From the IMG/VR virus record IMGVR_UViG_3300027833_000016: a stretch of DNA of 64,000 nt. One strand, 5' to 3'. This stretch comes from a virus. The position numbers and the translations under genes are program-made. This document shows positions 39,793 to 49,490 of the stretch, in pieces. The notes under the pieces are model-generated. The model saw only the letters and a program-made list of their open reading frames with translations. It did no database searches and had not been told where the DNA came from. The number at the start of each line of letters is the position of its first letter. Within the stretch, counting starts at the first letter, position 1.

Positions 39793-39821
39793 ATTATAGC
39801 ACAGGAATGACCTCCTGTCAA
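39793..39821 (-). promoter_or_regulatory. sigma70-type promoter on the minus strand (antisense)
   Basis: Reverse complement reads TTGACA-N17-TATAAT with an extended TGn. Confidence 0.75.
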
Positions 39822-39832
39822 GGAATATATTA

Positions 39833-40288
39833 ATGAAAACCGGAATAACTGCAAGTACCTTTGATCTGCTCCATTCAGGGCATATTGCGATGCTAAGAGA
39901 AGCAAAGTCTCAGTGTGACTATCTTATATGTGCCCTTCAGGTTGATCCATCTAGAGATCGATCCGAGAAGAATGCTCCTATCCAATCCCTAGTCGAGAGA
40001 CAAGCACAACTATCTGCTGTCAAGTATGTTGATGAGATTATGGTGTACGAGTCTGAAGCAGACCTAGAAGACCTACTCGCCATGTGCCAGATTGATATTA
40101 AGATCATGGGTGAAGAGTATCGTGACATTGACTTCACTGGTAAGGACATATGTAAGAAGAGAGGTATAGAGTTATACTTCAACAAGAGAGATCATAGATT
40201 CTCTTCGTCTGAACTACGACATAGGATATGTCACGAGGCATTATCAAAGGAAGAAGAAGTTTACCTTGACAAAAGACTGTCACTATAG
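39833..40288 (+). CDS. Cytidylyltransferase (TagD/glycerol-3-phosphate CT-like)
   Basis: FDLLHSGH (HxGH), KYVDEI, RDHRFSSSELR. Confidence 0.88.
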   Translation: MKTGITASTFDLLHSGHIAMLREAKSQCDYLICALQVDPSRDRSEKNAPIQSLVERQAQLSAVKYVDEIMVYESEADLEDLLAMCQIDIKIMGEEYRDIDFTGKDICKKRGIELYFNKRDHRFSSSELRHRICHEALSKEEEVYLDKRLSL

Positions 40289-40294
40289 TATAAT
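40266..40294 (+). promoter_or_regulatory. sigma70-type early promoter (gp55)
   Basis: TTGACA-N17-TATAAT. Confidence 0.85.
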
Positions 40295-40322
40295 AGTTAT
40301 TAAACAAATGGAACTATAAATA

Positions 40323-40916
40323 ATGAAACCTAAAGACAAACCACATTACGTTAACAATAGAGACTTCAGCAATGCGGTGTTTGAGTATTGCAAAGATGCT
40401 ATGCGTTGTAAGGAAGAGGGTATCACTAAACCTATAGTTACTACCTACATTGCTACTTGCTTCCTTCGAATTGCCGAGGGACTATCTCACAAGTCTAACT
40501 TCGTTCGCTATACCTATCGTGAAGAGATGGTGATGGATGCTGTGGAGAACTGCCTCAAGGCAATTGAGAACTATGACATTGAGACGGCAACCAGATCAAA
40601 GAACCCTAATGCATTCTCCTACTTCACTACTATCTCGTGGTATGCGTTCCTAAGACGTATCCAGAAAGAGAAGAAGCAACAAGACATTAAGATGAAGTAT
40701 ATGTCCGAAGCAGATGTTGGTCAGTTCGTTGTGGGACAAGACTATGATGGGAATACTCAAGATCAACGAGTCATTGAGTCTTTGCGTATGCGTATTGATA
40801 CAGTTAAGGATGCAGACACTCAGTTCAAAGAGTATATGAAAGCAGAGAAGAAGCAACGTAAGAGACGTGCAGTCAATGTTGACTCCGACCTATCAGACTT
40901 CTTAGTTGACGATTAA
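40323..40916 (+). CDS. gp55: Late-transcription sigma factor gp55
   Basis: HYVNN, IAEGLSHKSNF, NAFSYFT, AFLRRIQKEKKQ. Confidence 0.95.
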   Translation: MKPKDKPHYVNNRDFSNAVFEYCKDAMRCKEEGITKPIVTTYIATCFLRIAEGLSHKSNFVRYTYREEMVMDAVENCLKAIENYDIETATRSKNPNAFSYFTTISWYAFLRRIQKEKKQQDIKMKYMSEADVGQFVVGQDYDGNTQDQRVIESLRMRIDTVKDADTQFKEYMKAEKKQRKRRAVNVDSDLSDFLVDD

Positions 40917-41479
40917 TGTATAAGCATTTAGATGATGATCGTTATCTAGATATTACTGTCCCTAAGTACGAGATGAGTTTACTTAGGGAAGAGATCTTTG
41001 GTGACCAGATACACGAAGACTTCCGACACAAACTTGCAGGTAACCAGTCAGAAGGTAAACTATTGAGTTGGTATTGCCATGAACAGTTAGGTGATTACTT
41101 GTGTCCTATTGCCAAAGAATTCAAAGGTTTTGAGTATCAACTAGAATCTATGTGGTTCAATGTTTCGTATGCAGGTGACTTCAACCCTCCCCACGCGCAC
41201 GGAGGTGATCTATCATTCGTCATATTTGTAGAGATTCCATATACTATGATAGATCAAATCGACAAGTATAACGCCAATGGTAGCAATCTTGCGGCACACT
41301 TCTCGTTCTATTACAACAATATATTTGGTAATCAATGCGACCTACCTCTACCAGTAGACGTGACATACGAGAATACTATGTTCATGTTCCCTGCTAAACT
41401 TCGACATGGAGTGTACCCCTTCCACGGCACAGAATCTCCCAGAGTTACAGTATCAGGAAACTTAGTAAAAAAGACTTGA
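40916..41479 (+). CDS. Putative 2OG-Fe(II) oxygenase
   Basis: WFN...FNPPHAH...LSFV...FPAKLRHGVYP...RVTVSGN. Confidence 0.8.
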   Translation: MYKHLDDDRYLDITVPKYEMSLLREEIFGDQIHEDFRHKLAGNQSEGKLLSWYCHEQLGDYLCPIAKEFKGFEYQLESMWFNVSYAGDFNPPHAHGGDLSFVIFVEIPYTMIDQIDKYNANGSNLAAHFSFYYNNIFGNQCDLPLPVDVTYENTMFMFPAKLRHGVYPFHGTESPRVTVSGNLVKKT

Positions 41480-41504
41480 CACCCCCTCTATAACCTGTTA
41501 TACT
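41476..41504 (+). promoter_or_regulatory. sigma70-type early promoter (gp47)
   Basis: TTGACA-N17-TATACT with TGn. Confidence 0.8.
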
Positions 41505-41528
41505 GTACACTGATAACTGGAACTATAT

Positions 41529-42587
41529 ATGAAAATAGCAATACTAAATGATACCCATGCAGGGTGTCGAAACTCGTCCGATATATTCATGGACTATCAA
41601 GAACGTTTCTATAGTGAAGTGTTCTTCCCATATCTATTAGAGAACAACATCACTCAGATACTTCACCTTGGGGATTACTACGACAATCGAAAGACTGTCA
41701 ACTTTAAAGCACTGGCACACAACCGTAAGATCTTCCTAGAGAAGTTACGCGAGTATGGCATTACTATGGATATCATTCCGGGCAACCACGATGTGTACTA
41801 CAAGAACACTAACGAACTTAATGCATTGAAGGAGTTGCAGGGTCACTACATGAATGAGGTTAACCTTATCATGGAACCTACCGAGATGAACTATGATGGT
41901 CTCTGTGTAGGACTAGTACCTTGGATCAATCCGCAGAACGAAGAAGCATCACTTGAGTTTCTTTCCAACACAAAAGCAACTCTTATAGGCGCACACTTGG
42001 AACTACAAGGTTTCGAGATGGCACGAGGTCAGGTGTGTATGTCAGGTATGAGCAAGTCTCACTTCGATAGATTCGAGACTGTTCTTACTGGACACTTCCA
42101 TGCCAAGTCTTCGCAGGGTAACATCCATTATCTTGGGGCACAGTATGAGTTCTTCTGGAATGATTGTGGTGATCCAAAACACTTTCATGTACTTGATACA
42201 GAAACAAGAGACGTAATGGCTGTCCGTAATCCTCTCACTATCTATGAGAAGATCTACTATGACCACGAAAAGATGAATAAGTTCCAAGACTTGTCTCATC
42301 TAGATGAAAAGTTTGTCAAGATCATTGTGGTCAACAAGGGTAATACTCTAGAGTTCGAACGGTTCGTTGATAGAGTACAACAACAGAACATCCATGAACT
42401 GAAGATTGCCGAAGACTTCAAAGACTTCCTTGGCGAGAACGTAGGTGACGATAACATCAAACTTGAGGACACAACCACACTGGTAAATTCTTATGTTGAT
42501 AACGTGACTACTGACTTAGACAAGGATCGAATCAAGCAGGAAATCTCTGCGTTAATGACAGAAGCACAGTCAATGGAAATAATGTAA
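41529..42587 (+). CDS. gp47: Recombination nuclease gp47 (Mre11/SbcD-like)
   Basis: DTH, GDYYD, GNHD, GHFH. Confidence 0.95.
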   Translation: MKIAILNDTHAGCRNSSDIFMDYQERFYSEVFFPYLLENNITQILHLGDYYDNRKTVNFKALAHNRKIFLEKLREYGITMDIIPGNHDVYYKNTNELNALKELQGHYMNEVNLIMEPTEMNYDGLCVGLVPWINPQNEEASLEFLSNTKATLIGAHLELQGFEMARGQVCMSGMSKSHFDRFETVLTGHFHAKSSQGNIHYLGAQYEFFWNDCGDPKHFHVLDTETRDVMAVRNPLTIYEKIYYDHEKMNKFQDLSHLDEKFVKIIVVNKGNTLEFERFVDRVQQQNIHELKIAEDFKDFLGENVGDDNIKLEDTTTLVNSYVDNVTTDLDKDRIKQEISALMTEAQSMEIM

Positions 42588-42588
42588 C

Positions 42589-43110
42589 TTGAAGAGTCAT
42601 TATGGTGTTCGAGAGATAACCATGAACCAAGGGGCAGATTGTATTAAGAGGTACCATTATCTTGGTAACCCATACATGGATGCACCAACCAATAAGGTTT
42701 ATGGTTTGATCTACGGTGAGGATGTCGTGGGGGTGGTTCAGTTCAGTGAAGGGCATTGTCATCCGTCTTTCGTTCCAATCTACTTTGGAGTGGACTCCCC
42801 CACGACCGGACTCTGGGACATAACCAGACTGGTCGTATCAACCAAGCACCAAGGCGAACATAACATTACCTCGTGGTTTCTATCACGAGCATTGAAGATG
42901 TTGAAACCTAAGTATGTGGTGACAATGGCAGACCATAGGATGCACGATGGTACTATCTATGCGGCAGTTGGGTTCGACTACTATGGACTACTGAAGGACA
43001 GAGGCGTTCCGGGATTAGAGGACGTGGAGTTTCATGTGTTCACTAAGTCATATGACCCTTCTATTAAATGTGTGTGGGAGAAAATAAAGTTTGACAAGAC
43101 TGACTATTAA
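42589..43110 (+). CDS. Mom-like GNAT-fold protein (putative DNA modification)
   Basis: HYLG, ITRLV, SWFLSRALK, MAD...HDGTIYAAVGFDYYG pattern; start uncertain (TTG 42589 or ATG 42622). Confidence 0.6.
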   Translation: MKSHYGVREITMNQGADCIKRYHYLGNPYMDAPTNKVYGLIYGEDVVGVVQFSEGHCHPSFVPIYFGVDSPTTGLWDITRLVVSTKHQGEHNITSWFLSRALKMLKPKYVVTMADHRMHDGTIYAAVGFDYYGLLKDRGVPGLEDVEFHVFTKSYDPSIKCVWEKIKFDKTDY

Positions 43111-43119
43111 TGGTATAAT
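43091..43119 (+). promoter_or_regulatory. sigma70-type early promoter (gp46)
   Basis: TTGACA-N17-TATAAT with TGn. Confidence 0.85.
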
Positions 43120-43125
43120 ACCTGT

Positions 43126-44844
43126 ATGATAAAATTTACTAAACTTCGTTATAAGAACTTCCTGTCTTCAGGTAATGCATTCACTGCTATCGACTTCGAT
43201 GCGGCACCTACCACTTTGGTGATAGGTCATAATGGTTCGGGTAAGTCCACCATGTTGGATGCCTTATCGTTTGGTCTGTTCGGCAAACCTCACCGTAAGA
43301 TCTCTAAACCACAACTCGTGAACTCTATCAACCAGAAGGGTACTGAAGTTGAGGTAGAGTTTAATATAGGTAAGGCACAATATAAGATCGTGCGTGGTAT
43401 CAAACCTAACATCTTTGAGATCTGGGTAGACGGTAACATGGTCAACCAAGACTCTCATGCCAAAGAGTATCAGGCAATGTTAGAGAAGAACATTCTCAAG
43501 TTGTCTCACAAGTCATTCCACCAGATTGTTGTTCTTGGATCAAGTTCCTTTGTTCCGTTCATGCAGATGGCAGGGGGTGCAAGACGTGAGGTGATCGAGG
43601 ATCTACTCGACATTAACATCTTCTCTAAGATGAACTCTCTATTAAAGGAGAAGTCTTCTATACTGAAGGATGCTATCAGTAGTAACTCTCATTCGATAGA
43701 ACTGGTCAAGACTAAGATCAACGCACAGAAGAAGTATCTGCGTGACCTGAGTGCTGTTAACGAACAACACAAGGCAACCAAGGAAGACGAGATACAGACA
43801 TTGTTTGATGAGATTCATTCCCTTGAGGCACAGAATACAGGACTAAATGTCAACCTTGATACGGATGCGATATGTACATCATTGGACAAACTTAAACCAC
43901 AACGTACACAGTTGATGGACTATCAAGCACAGTTCAAGACTCAGATCAAGTCTGTTGTCAAGGAAGCAAAGTTCTTCGATGAGAATGAACACTGTCCTAC
44001 TTGTGATCAGGGTATCGACTCAGACCTCCGTGACTCCAAGAAGGAAGGTGCGAATGCTCGTGCCAAGGAACTGTCTACGGCAATGACCAAAGCGACAGAG
44101 CAGTTAACTTCTTTTGATAATGAGATAAATGGACTAGAGGTACAACTCAAAGAACAACAAAGTACCATCAATACAATACAAAGTAACACCCAGTTGATTA
44201 CTCGACTAACGCGTAACATTGATCGTATCCGTCAAGACATATCAGAGATGGAAGGAACTACAGGTGACCTACAAGGTGCCAACGCAGAACTGAACAAGTT
44301 GAATGAGTTTAGTATTGCTAAGAACGAAGAGAAGTTCACACTAGGTGAGCAGTACTCATACAATCAAGTGGCAAGTGAGTTGCTACGCGACACAGGTATT
44401 AAGACCAAGATCATTAAGCAGTATGTACCAGTTATCAATCAGTTGACTAACCAGTACCTACAGATACTAGACTTCTTTGTCCACTTCGATCTGGATGAGA
44501 ACTTCTCCGAGACTATTCGTTCACGTCACCGTGACAACTTCTCGTATGATTCGTTCTCTGAGGGAGAGAAGCAACGTATCGATCTATCCTTGTTGTTTAC
44601 ATGGAGACAGATTGCTAAGATGAAGAACAGTGTTGCCACCAACCTATTGATCCTTGATGAGACATTTGATTCATCTTTGGATGATGATGGGGTTGACAAC
44701 CTGATGAAGATCCTGTATAGTCTAGGGGAAGAGACCAATGTATTTGTTATCTCTCACAAGGCAGAACTGGAAGACGCACAGTTCCAAAGAAGACTGGAGT
44801 TCGTTAAGGACAAAAACTTCTCTAAACTAAAGATTTCCGCTTGA
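43126..44844 (+). CDS. gp46: Recombination ATPase gp46 (Rad50/SbcC-like)
   Basis: GHNGSGKS, CPTC hook, FSEGEK, LILDE. Confidence 0.96.
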   Translation: MIKFTKLRYKNFLSSGNAFTAIDFDAAPTTLVIGHNGSGKSTMLDALSFGLFGKPHRKISKPQLVNSINQKGTEVEVEFNIGKAQYKIVRGIKPNIFEIWVDGNMVNQDSHAKEYQAMLEKNILKLSHKSFHQIVVLGSSSFVPFMQMAGGARREVIEDLLDINIFSKMNSLLKEKSSILKDAISSNSHSIELVKTKINAQKKYLRDLSAVNEQHKATKEDEIQTLFDEIHSLEAQNTGLNVNLDTDAICTSLDKLKPQRTQLMDYQAQFKTQIKSVVKEAKFFDENEHCPTCDQGIDSDLRDSKKEGANARAKELSTAMTKATEQLTSFDNEINGLEVQLKEQQSTINTIQSNTQLITRLTRNIDRIRQDISEMEGTTGDLQGANAELNKLNEFSIAKNEEKFTLGEQYSYNQVASELLRDTGIKTKIIKQYVPVINQLTNQYLQILDFFVHFDLDENFSETIRSRHRDNFSYDSFSEGEKQRIDLSLLFTWRQIAKMKNSVATNLLILDETFDSSLDDDGVDNLMKILYSLGEETNVFVISHKAELEDAQFQRRLEFVKDKNFSKLKISA

Positions 44845-44869
44845 CAAGATCAAATGAGTGTGTTATAAT
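44841..44869 (+). promoter_or_regulatory. sigma70-type early promoter (gp45)
   Basis: TTGACA-N17-TATAAT with TGn. Confidence 0.85.
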
Positions 44870-44904
44870 AACCGTATTAAACAATAAACTAAATGAGATG
44901 TATT

Positions 44905-45582
44905 ATGGAATTATCTGATCGTACCTTGAATGTACTTAAAAACTTCGCAAACATTAACAGTAACATCGTGTTCCGTGAGGGCAACGTACTGAAGACTATC
45001 AGTGTTGCAAAGAACATCCTTGCGAAAGTGACACTAGACGAGACTATCGATGCTGAGTTCGGCATCTATGATCTTAATGAATTCTTGAGTGTGATGGGTC
45101 TGGTTGAGAAACCTACTCTATCATTCAAAGATAAGCACGTTATCGTATCTGACTCAACTGGTCTGCGTGGTAACCGATACTTCTACTCTGACATTGATAT
45201 GTTGTCTGCTCCTACTAAGGATGTAGTAATGCCAGAACCAGAGGTTAAGTTTACCCTAGATACAGACACACTGAGCAGATTGAAACGTGCTTCGGCAGTA
45301 CTTGGTCACGACAATATCTCTATCACTAATGATGGTAAGGGTATTAAACTGACTGTAGTAGACAATGACGATGCCACCTCTAACAGTTTCTTCTGTTATG
45401 TCGAAGGTGAGTTTGAAGAAGGAGTTGATTTCAACTTCATTATGAACGTCAATAACCTGAAGATTGTGAACGAAGACTTTGATGTTGGTATCAGTTCTAA
45501 ACTGATCTCTAACTTCGTAAGTAAGCAGTCCCCAATCGAATACTTTATAGCACTTGAAAAATCATCAACTTATGGGAAATAG
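44905..45582 (+). CDS. gp45: Sliding clamp gp45
   Basis: LKNFANIN, FGIYDLNEFL, YFIALE. Confidence 0.93.
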   Translation: MELSDRTLNVLKNFANINSNIVFREGNVLKTISVAKNILAKVTLDETIDAEFGIYDLNEFLSVMGLVEKPTLSFKDKHVIVSDSTGLRGNRYFYSDIDMLSAPTKDVVMPEPEVKFTLDTDTLSRLKRASAVLGHDNISITNDGKGIKLTVVDNDDATSNSFFCYVEGEFEEGVDFNFIMNVNNLKIVNEDFDVGISSKLISNFVSKQSPIEYFIALEKSSTYGK

Positions 45583-45586
45583 TAAT

Positions 45587-45832
45587 ATGTCAGAATCAAA
45601 GAACAAAGATGCGAATGGCATCACATTAGAAGCAAAAGAATCAGTAATGGACGAACGTTACGTTGTATTGGCAGACCTTGCCAACCGCGTGTCACGATCA
45701 ACTGTTGCAGTAATCGACACCGTTGTACAACGTGGTGGGTTTAAGGGCGAAGAGTTGTCTACTATCGGGCAGTTGAGAGACCAAGCAATTGAGTCTATCC
45801 AATTGGTCGAAAACATTCAGAATGATGCCTAA
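45587..45832 (+). CDS. Conserved hypothetical protein
   Basis: IDTVVQRGGFKGEELSTIGQLRD; ATG at 45587. Confidence 0.7.
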   Translation: MSESKNKDANGITLEAKESVMDERYVVLADLANRVSRSTVAVIDTVVQRGGFKGEELSTIGQLRDQAIESIQLVENIQNDA

Positions 45833-45849
45833 CCTTGTTGGAGGAATAT

Positions 45850-46383
45850 ATGTTTAAGAATTACATACCAGACGTTGTATTCCATCTTCGTGAACCTGAT
45901 CTATCTGCGACAATGGATGTCGCTAACCCATTCAAGTGGGTTCGTAAGACTACTGCTGAATTGATGGGAGGTAAGAAGGTATTGATCTTTGGACTTCCCG
46001 GTGCATTCACACCGACTTGTTCCAACGAACAGTTGCCGTCTTATGAAGAGATGTATGAAGAGTTCATGGAACTAGGTATCGATGAGATCTATTGTACCTC
46101 TGTTAACGATGCGTTTGCTATGTTCCAATGGGCAAAGCAACTAGGCATTATGAACGTCAAGATGTTACCAGACGGTAACGGAGAGTTTGCAGATGGACTT
46201 GGGTATCTTGTAAATAAGAACAACCTTGGTTTCGGTAAACGCTCATGGAGATATGCGTTGATCGTAGAAGATCTAAGCATTGAGCGATGGTTTGAGGAAG
46301 AGGGTATCAGTGAGAACTGTCCGTCAGATCCATACATGACCTCAAGACCCGAAGTGGTATTGGATGCCCTTCGAGGCAACTAA
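45850..46383 (+). CDS. Peroxiredoxin (Prx5/redoxin family)
   Basis: PGAFTPTCS, VNDAF, DGNGEF, RSWRY; GAGGA RBS before ATG 45850. Confidence 0.93.
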   Translation: MFKNYIPDVVFHLREPDLSATMDVANPFKWVRKTTAELMGGKKVLIFGLPGAFTPTCSNEQLPSYEEMYEEFMELGIDEIYCTSVNDAFAMFQWAKQLGIMNVKMLPDGNGEFADGLGYLVNKNNLGFGKRSWRYALIVEDLSIERWFEEEGISENCPSDPYMTSRPEVVLDALRGN

Positions 46384-46390
46384 CTAAAGC

Positions 46391-46415
46391 ACCCCCGAAA
46401 GGGGGTTCTTTCTTT
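46391..46415 (+). terminator. Rho-independent terminator
   Basis: accccc-GAAA-gggggt followed by a T-rich tail. Confidence 0.8.
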
Positions 46416-46426
46416 CTGGATATATT

Positions 46427-46804
46427 ATGAATACTTATTTAAAGAGCAAGTTGCATGGAGCAACTGTCACCAATGCAGAACTACACTATGATGGTTCTAT
46501 TGCAATAGACGAAACCCTACTGAACCTTGCAGACATTGCAGAGTTCGAACAAATAGATGCATACAATGTGACCAATGGTCAACGTTGGACAACATATGCT
46601 TTAAAGGCAGAACCTAACTCTGGTATCATTTCTGTGAATGGTGCAGGGGCACGTCTATGTCAGGTAGGAGATACTGTGATCATATGTTGCTATGAGATTG
46701 GCAGTATGCCGTTTTCTATGCCCAAACTAATCTACCTAACAGGGGAGAATAAGATCGATAGAGTTACGAATACCATTGACAAACAGATGTCGGATGTGGT
46801 ATAA
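46427..46804 (+). CDS. panD: Aspartate 1-decarboxylase proenzyme
   Basis: KSKLHGATVT, YDG/SIAID self-cleavage site, NGQRWTTY, NGAGAR, GDTVII. Confidence 0.92.
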   Translation: MNTYLKSKLHGATVTNAELHYDGSIAIDETLLNLADIAEFEQIDAYNVTNGQRWTTYALKAEPNSGIISVNGAGARLCQVGDTVIICCYEIGSMPFSMPKLIYLTGENKIDRVTNTIDKQMSDVV

Positions 46805-46805
46805 T
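46776..46805 (+). promoter_or_regulatory. sigma70-type early promoter (gp44)
   Basis: TTGACA-N18-TATAAT with TGn. Confidence 0.8.
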
Positions 46806-46831
46806 ACCTTATATTAATGATGGAGTACTAA

Positions 46832-47770
46832 ATGAGTAATGAATTCCTCTGGGTCGAGAAGTACAGACCCCAACGTGTAGCAGACACTATTCTGCCATCC
46901 GAACTAAAGAATACATTCCAGAAGATCGTAGATGGTGGAGAGATCCCCAATATGTTATTCTCTGGTACCGCAGGTACAGGCAAGACTACTGTCGCACGAG
47001 CAATCTGTGAAGAGTTAGGTCTTGACTATATCGTCATCAACGGATCCGAAGAAGGTAACATTGATACCCTTCGTGGCAAGATCAAACAGTTTGCTTCGTC
47101 CGTCTCCCTCTCTGGCGGTTACAAGGTAGTAATCCTTGACGAAGCAGACTACCTTAATCCTCAATCAACTCAACCTGCTCTTCGTGGATTCATCGAAGAG
47201 TTTAGTAACAACTGTCGATTTATCCTCACTTGTAACTTCAAGAACCGAGTGATCGAACCACTTCACTCTCGTTGTTCTAATTACGAGTTTAATTTCTCTA
47301 AGACTGTCTTGTCGCAATTGTGCGGTGACTTCATGGGTCGTATGCAGACCATTCTCACTGGAGAGGGCGTATCATTCAATCCCCAGACACTAGCAAGTCT
47401 GATTATGAAACACGCTCCTGATTGGAGACGTGTCCTTAATGAATGTCAACGTTACTCTATCTCAGGTCAATTGGAAACTACAGTTATCATAACTGACGCA
47501 AATGAGAACTACAGTCTCCTCTTCAAAGCATTGAAGGGCAAGGACTTTAAGAAGATGCGGAGTTGGGTTGTTAATAATATGGATGTGGAACCTGCTTCCG
47601 TGTTCCGTGGTATCTATGATGCCATGAATGAGTTTGTACAACCACAGAGTATCCCTCAGTTGGTTCTCATTCTCGCAGACTATCAGTACAAGAACTCGTT
47701 CGTGGCAGATCACGAACTTAACTTAGTTGCCTGTATGACTGAGATCATGGCAAACGTAGAGGTAATATAA
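46832..47770 (+). CDS. gp44: Clamp loader large subunit gp44
   Basis: LWVEKYRP, GTGKTT, DEAD, SRC. Confidence 0.96.
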   Translation: MSNEFLWVEKYRPQRVADTILPSELKNTFQKIVDGGEIPNMLFSGTAGTGKTTVARAICEELGLDYIVINGSEEGNIDTLRGKIKQFASSVSLSGGYKVVILDEADYLNPQSTQPALRGFIEEFSNNCRFILTCNFKNRVIEPLHSRCSNYEFNFSKTVLSQLCGDFMGRMQTILTGEGVSFNPQTLASLIMKHAPDWRRVLNECQRYSISGQLETTVIITDANENYSLLFKALKGKDFKKMRSWVVNNMDVEPASVFRGIYDAMNEFVQPQSIPQLVLILADYQYKNSFVADHELNLVACMTEIMANVEVI

Positions 47771-48162
47771 TGTATCAAGATGACGTAGAATTATTTATGA
47801 AACAAGGGTTGCAGGACTACCCAGTAGTATCGTGTTTGGATGTCCCTACAATAACAGATGATGTTGACCCACAGATCGAACTGTATATGGACTTGATCAC
47901 CGAAGAGTACCACGAGTTGCAAGAAGCATATAAGGAACAAGATGTTGTTGAAGTTGCAGACGCACTTGCAGACATGGTGTGGGTGATCATGGGAATGGCA
48001 TCAACTCTAGGTATGGACTTCAATGACATCTGGGAAGAAGTCAAGCGTTCTAATATGTCTAAGTTCACTAACAACATTATCATCCGTGATGGTAAGACTG
48101 GTAAGATCCTCAAACCATCTACCTTCAGTGAACCTGATCTGGCACCTATCCTTGGTCTCTAA
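47770..48162 (+). CDS. MazG-like all-alpha NTP pyrophosphatase
   Basis: LITEEYHEL, EVADALADM, VKRSNMSK, GKILKP. Confidence 0.85.
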   Translation: MYQDDVELFMKQGLQDYPVVSCLDVPTITDDVDPQIELYMDLITEEYHELQEAYKEQDVVEVADALADMVWVIMGMASTLGMDFNDIWEEVKRSNMSKFTNNIIIRDGKTGKILKPSTFSEPDLAPILGL

Positions 48163-49228
48163 GATATCACACTCGCCTGTACAACAGGACGAGATAACCA
48201 AGTCACTATCCGAGGCATTCGAATATGCCTTTGATGGTGTCTCTGAGTTTACCGTTCCTGATATGCCTAACATATGTGGATCCTTTAACATAGGACTCAT
48301 AGTCGGGCCATCTGGTTCGGGCAAGTCTACATTGCTCAAGAGGTTTGGTGAAGAGAAGTTTCCAGAGTGGGTGGCAGATAAATGCATTGCCTCTCATTTT
48401 GATAACGAGGATGATGCAACTACATTGATGGGTGCGGTTGGACTCAACTCAGTTCCTACATGGTTTAGACCTTATCATGTATTGTCTGTTGGTGAGCAAT
48501 ACCGTGCTAACCTTTCGCGTAGACTAGTGAATGATGCAGTGATCGATGAGTTCACTTCGGTGGTCAATAGATCGGTTGCCAAGTCATGTGCTAATTCGGT
48601 TGCCAAACATATTCGTAGAGAAGGTATTAAGAACGTGGTCTTCTCTTCTTGTCACTATGACATCGAAGAATGGTTACAACCCGATTGGGTATTTGATACT
48701 GCGACAGGTGAACTCACCTATAGGGGGTCACTTCATCGACCAATTAGGAGACCCGAAATCAAGTTGGACATTGTTCCATGTGGGGTCGAAGCGTGGACAG
48801 CGTTCAAAGACCATCATTATTTAACACAAGATATAAACAGTTCTGCCAAACATTGGTTATGTTGGTGGGGAGATACAGTAGTAGGGTTTGCTTCTGCCAT
48901 ACCGTTCCCCAGTGGAACAGTTAAGAATGCATTCCGAGGACACAGGACAGTAGTTCTACCTGACTACCAAGGATTAGGTATTGGTGTTAGACTCAGTGAT
49001 GCTATCGCAGAGTTGCACCGCGAAGAAGGTAAGAGATACTTTAGCAAGACTGCCCATCCTCGTATGGGTAAGTATAGGAATGAGTCTAGTCTTTGGAAAC
49101 CGACTAGTAAGAATATGAGTGAGAGGGCAGACATACCCTCTGACAACCTTGAAGACAGGAAGTGGATAGCACGAAAGTGCTTCTCCTACTCACATGAGTA
49201 TATTGGCAATGTATCAACAACAACTTAA
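48023..49228 (+). CDS. ABC-type ATPase fused to a GNAT acetyltransferase
   Basis: GPSGSGKS, LSVGEQYR, IDEFTS; C-terminal HHYL and RTVVLPDYQGLGIG; true start probably 48128 or 48152. Confidence 0.82.
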   Translation: MTSGKKSSVLICLSSLTTLSSVMVRLVRSSNHLPSVNLIWHLSLVSKISHSPVQQDEITKSLSEAFEYAFDGVSEFTVPDMPNICGSFNIGLIVGPSGSGKSTLLKRFGEEKFPEWVADKCIASHFDNEDDATTLMGAVGLNSVPTWFRPYHVLSVGEQYRANLSRRLVNDAVIDEFTSVVNRSVAKSCANSVAKHIRREGIKNVVFSSCHYDIEEWLQPDWVFDTATGELTYRGSLHRPIRRPEIKLDIVPCGVEAWTAFKDHHYLTQDINSSAKHWLCWWGDTVVGFASAIPFPSGTVKNAFRGHRTVVLPDYQGLGIGVRLSDAIAELHREEGKRYFSKTAHPRMGKYRNESSLWKPTSKNMSERADIPSDNLEDRKWIARKCFSYSHEYIGNVSTTT

Positions 49229-49490
49229 TTTACAATTTCCGCTTACACAACAACTAAGTCTTGACTTAGATGTTCCTGAGAATGTGTTACGCGAGTTGCG
49301 TACTCCGTACACAGGGTTCGTACTAGACGCTGTTTGGGCAGGTGAAACTGTGAATTCATATATTACTGTGAATAATTCAGACGGTGATGAGGCGGCAAGG
49401 ATAGACGATACGGGTATCAGTCTTAGAATGGAAAACAAATCTTGGATAAAAACTAAGGTTGCTAATTGGTTAGGAGTTAAGTACTTATGA
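49194..49490 (+). CDS. Hypothetical protein
   Basis: Fills the gap and is ATGA-coupled to the next gene. Confidence 0.55.
   Translation: MSILAMYQQQLNLQFPLTQQLSLDLDVPENVLRELRTPYTGFVLDAVWAGETVNSYITVNNSDGDEAARIDDTGISLRMENKSWIKTKVANWLGVKYL

Noticed and set aside
39654-39905. Minus-strand 83-aa ORF as the target of the antisense promoter
   Set aside because: It starts upstream of the promoter and overlaps two real genes. The internal ATG has no RBS, and the His-rich tail mirrors Asp/Glu codons on the + strand.
46427-46804. Link between panD and DS motifs via phosphopantetheinylation
   Set aside because: Carrier-protein sites are GxDSL in a helical fold, whereas the motifs here are mostly DSA/DSD in beta-rich proteins. 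No PPTase gene is in the window.
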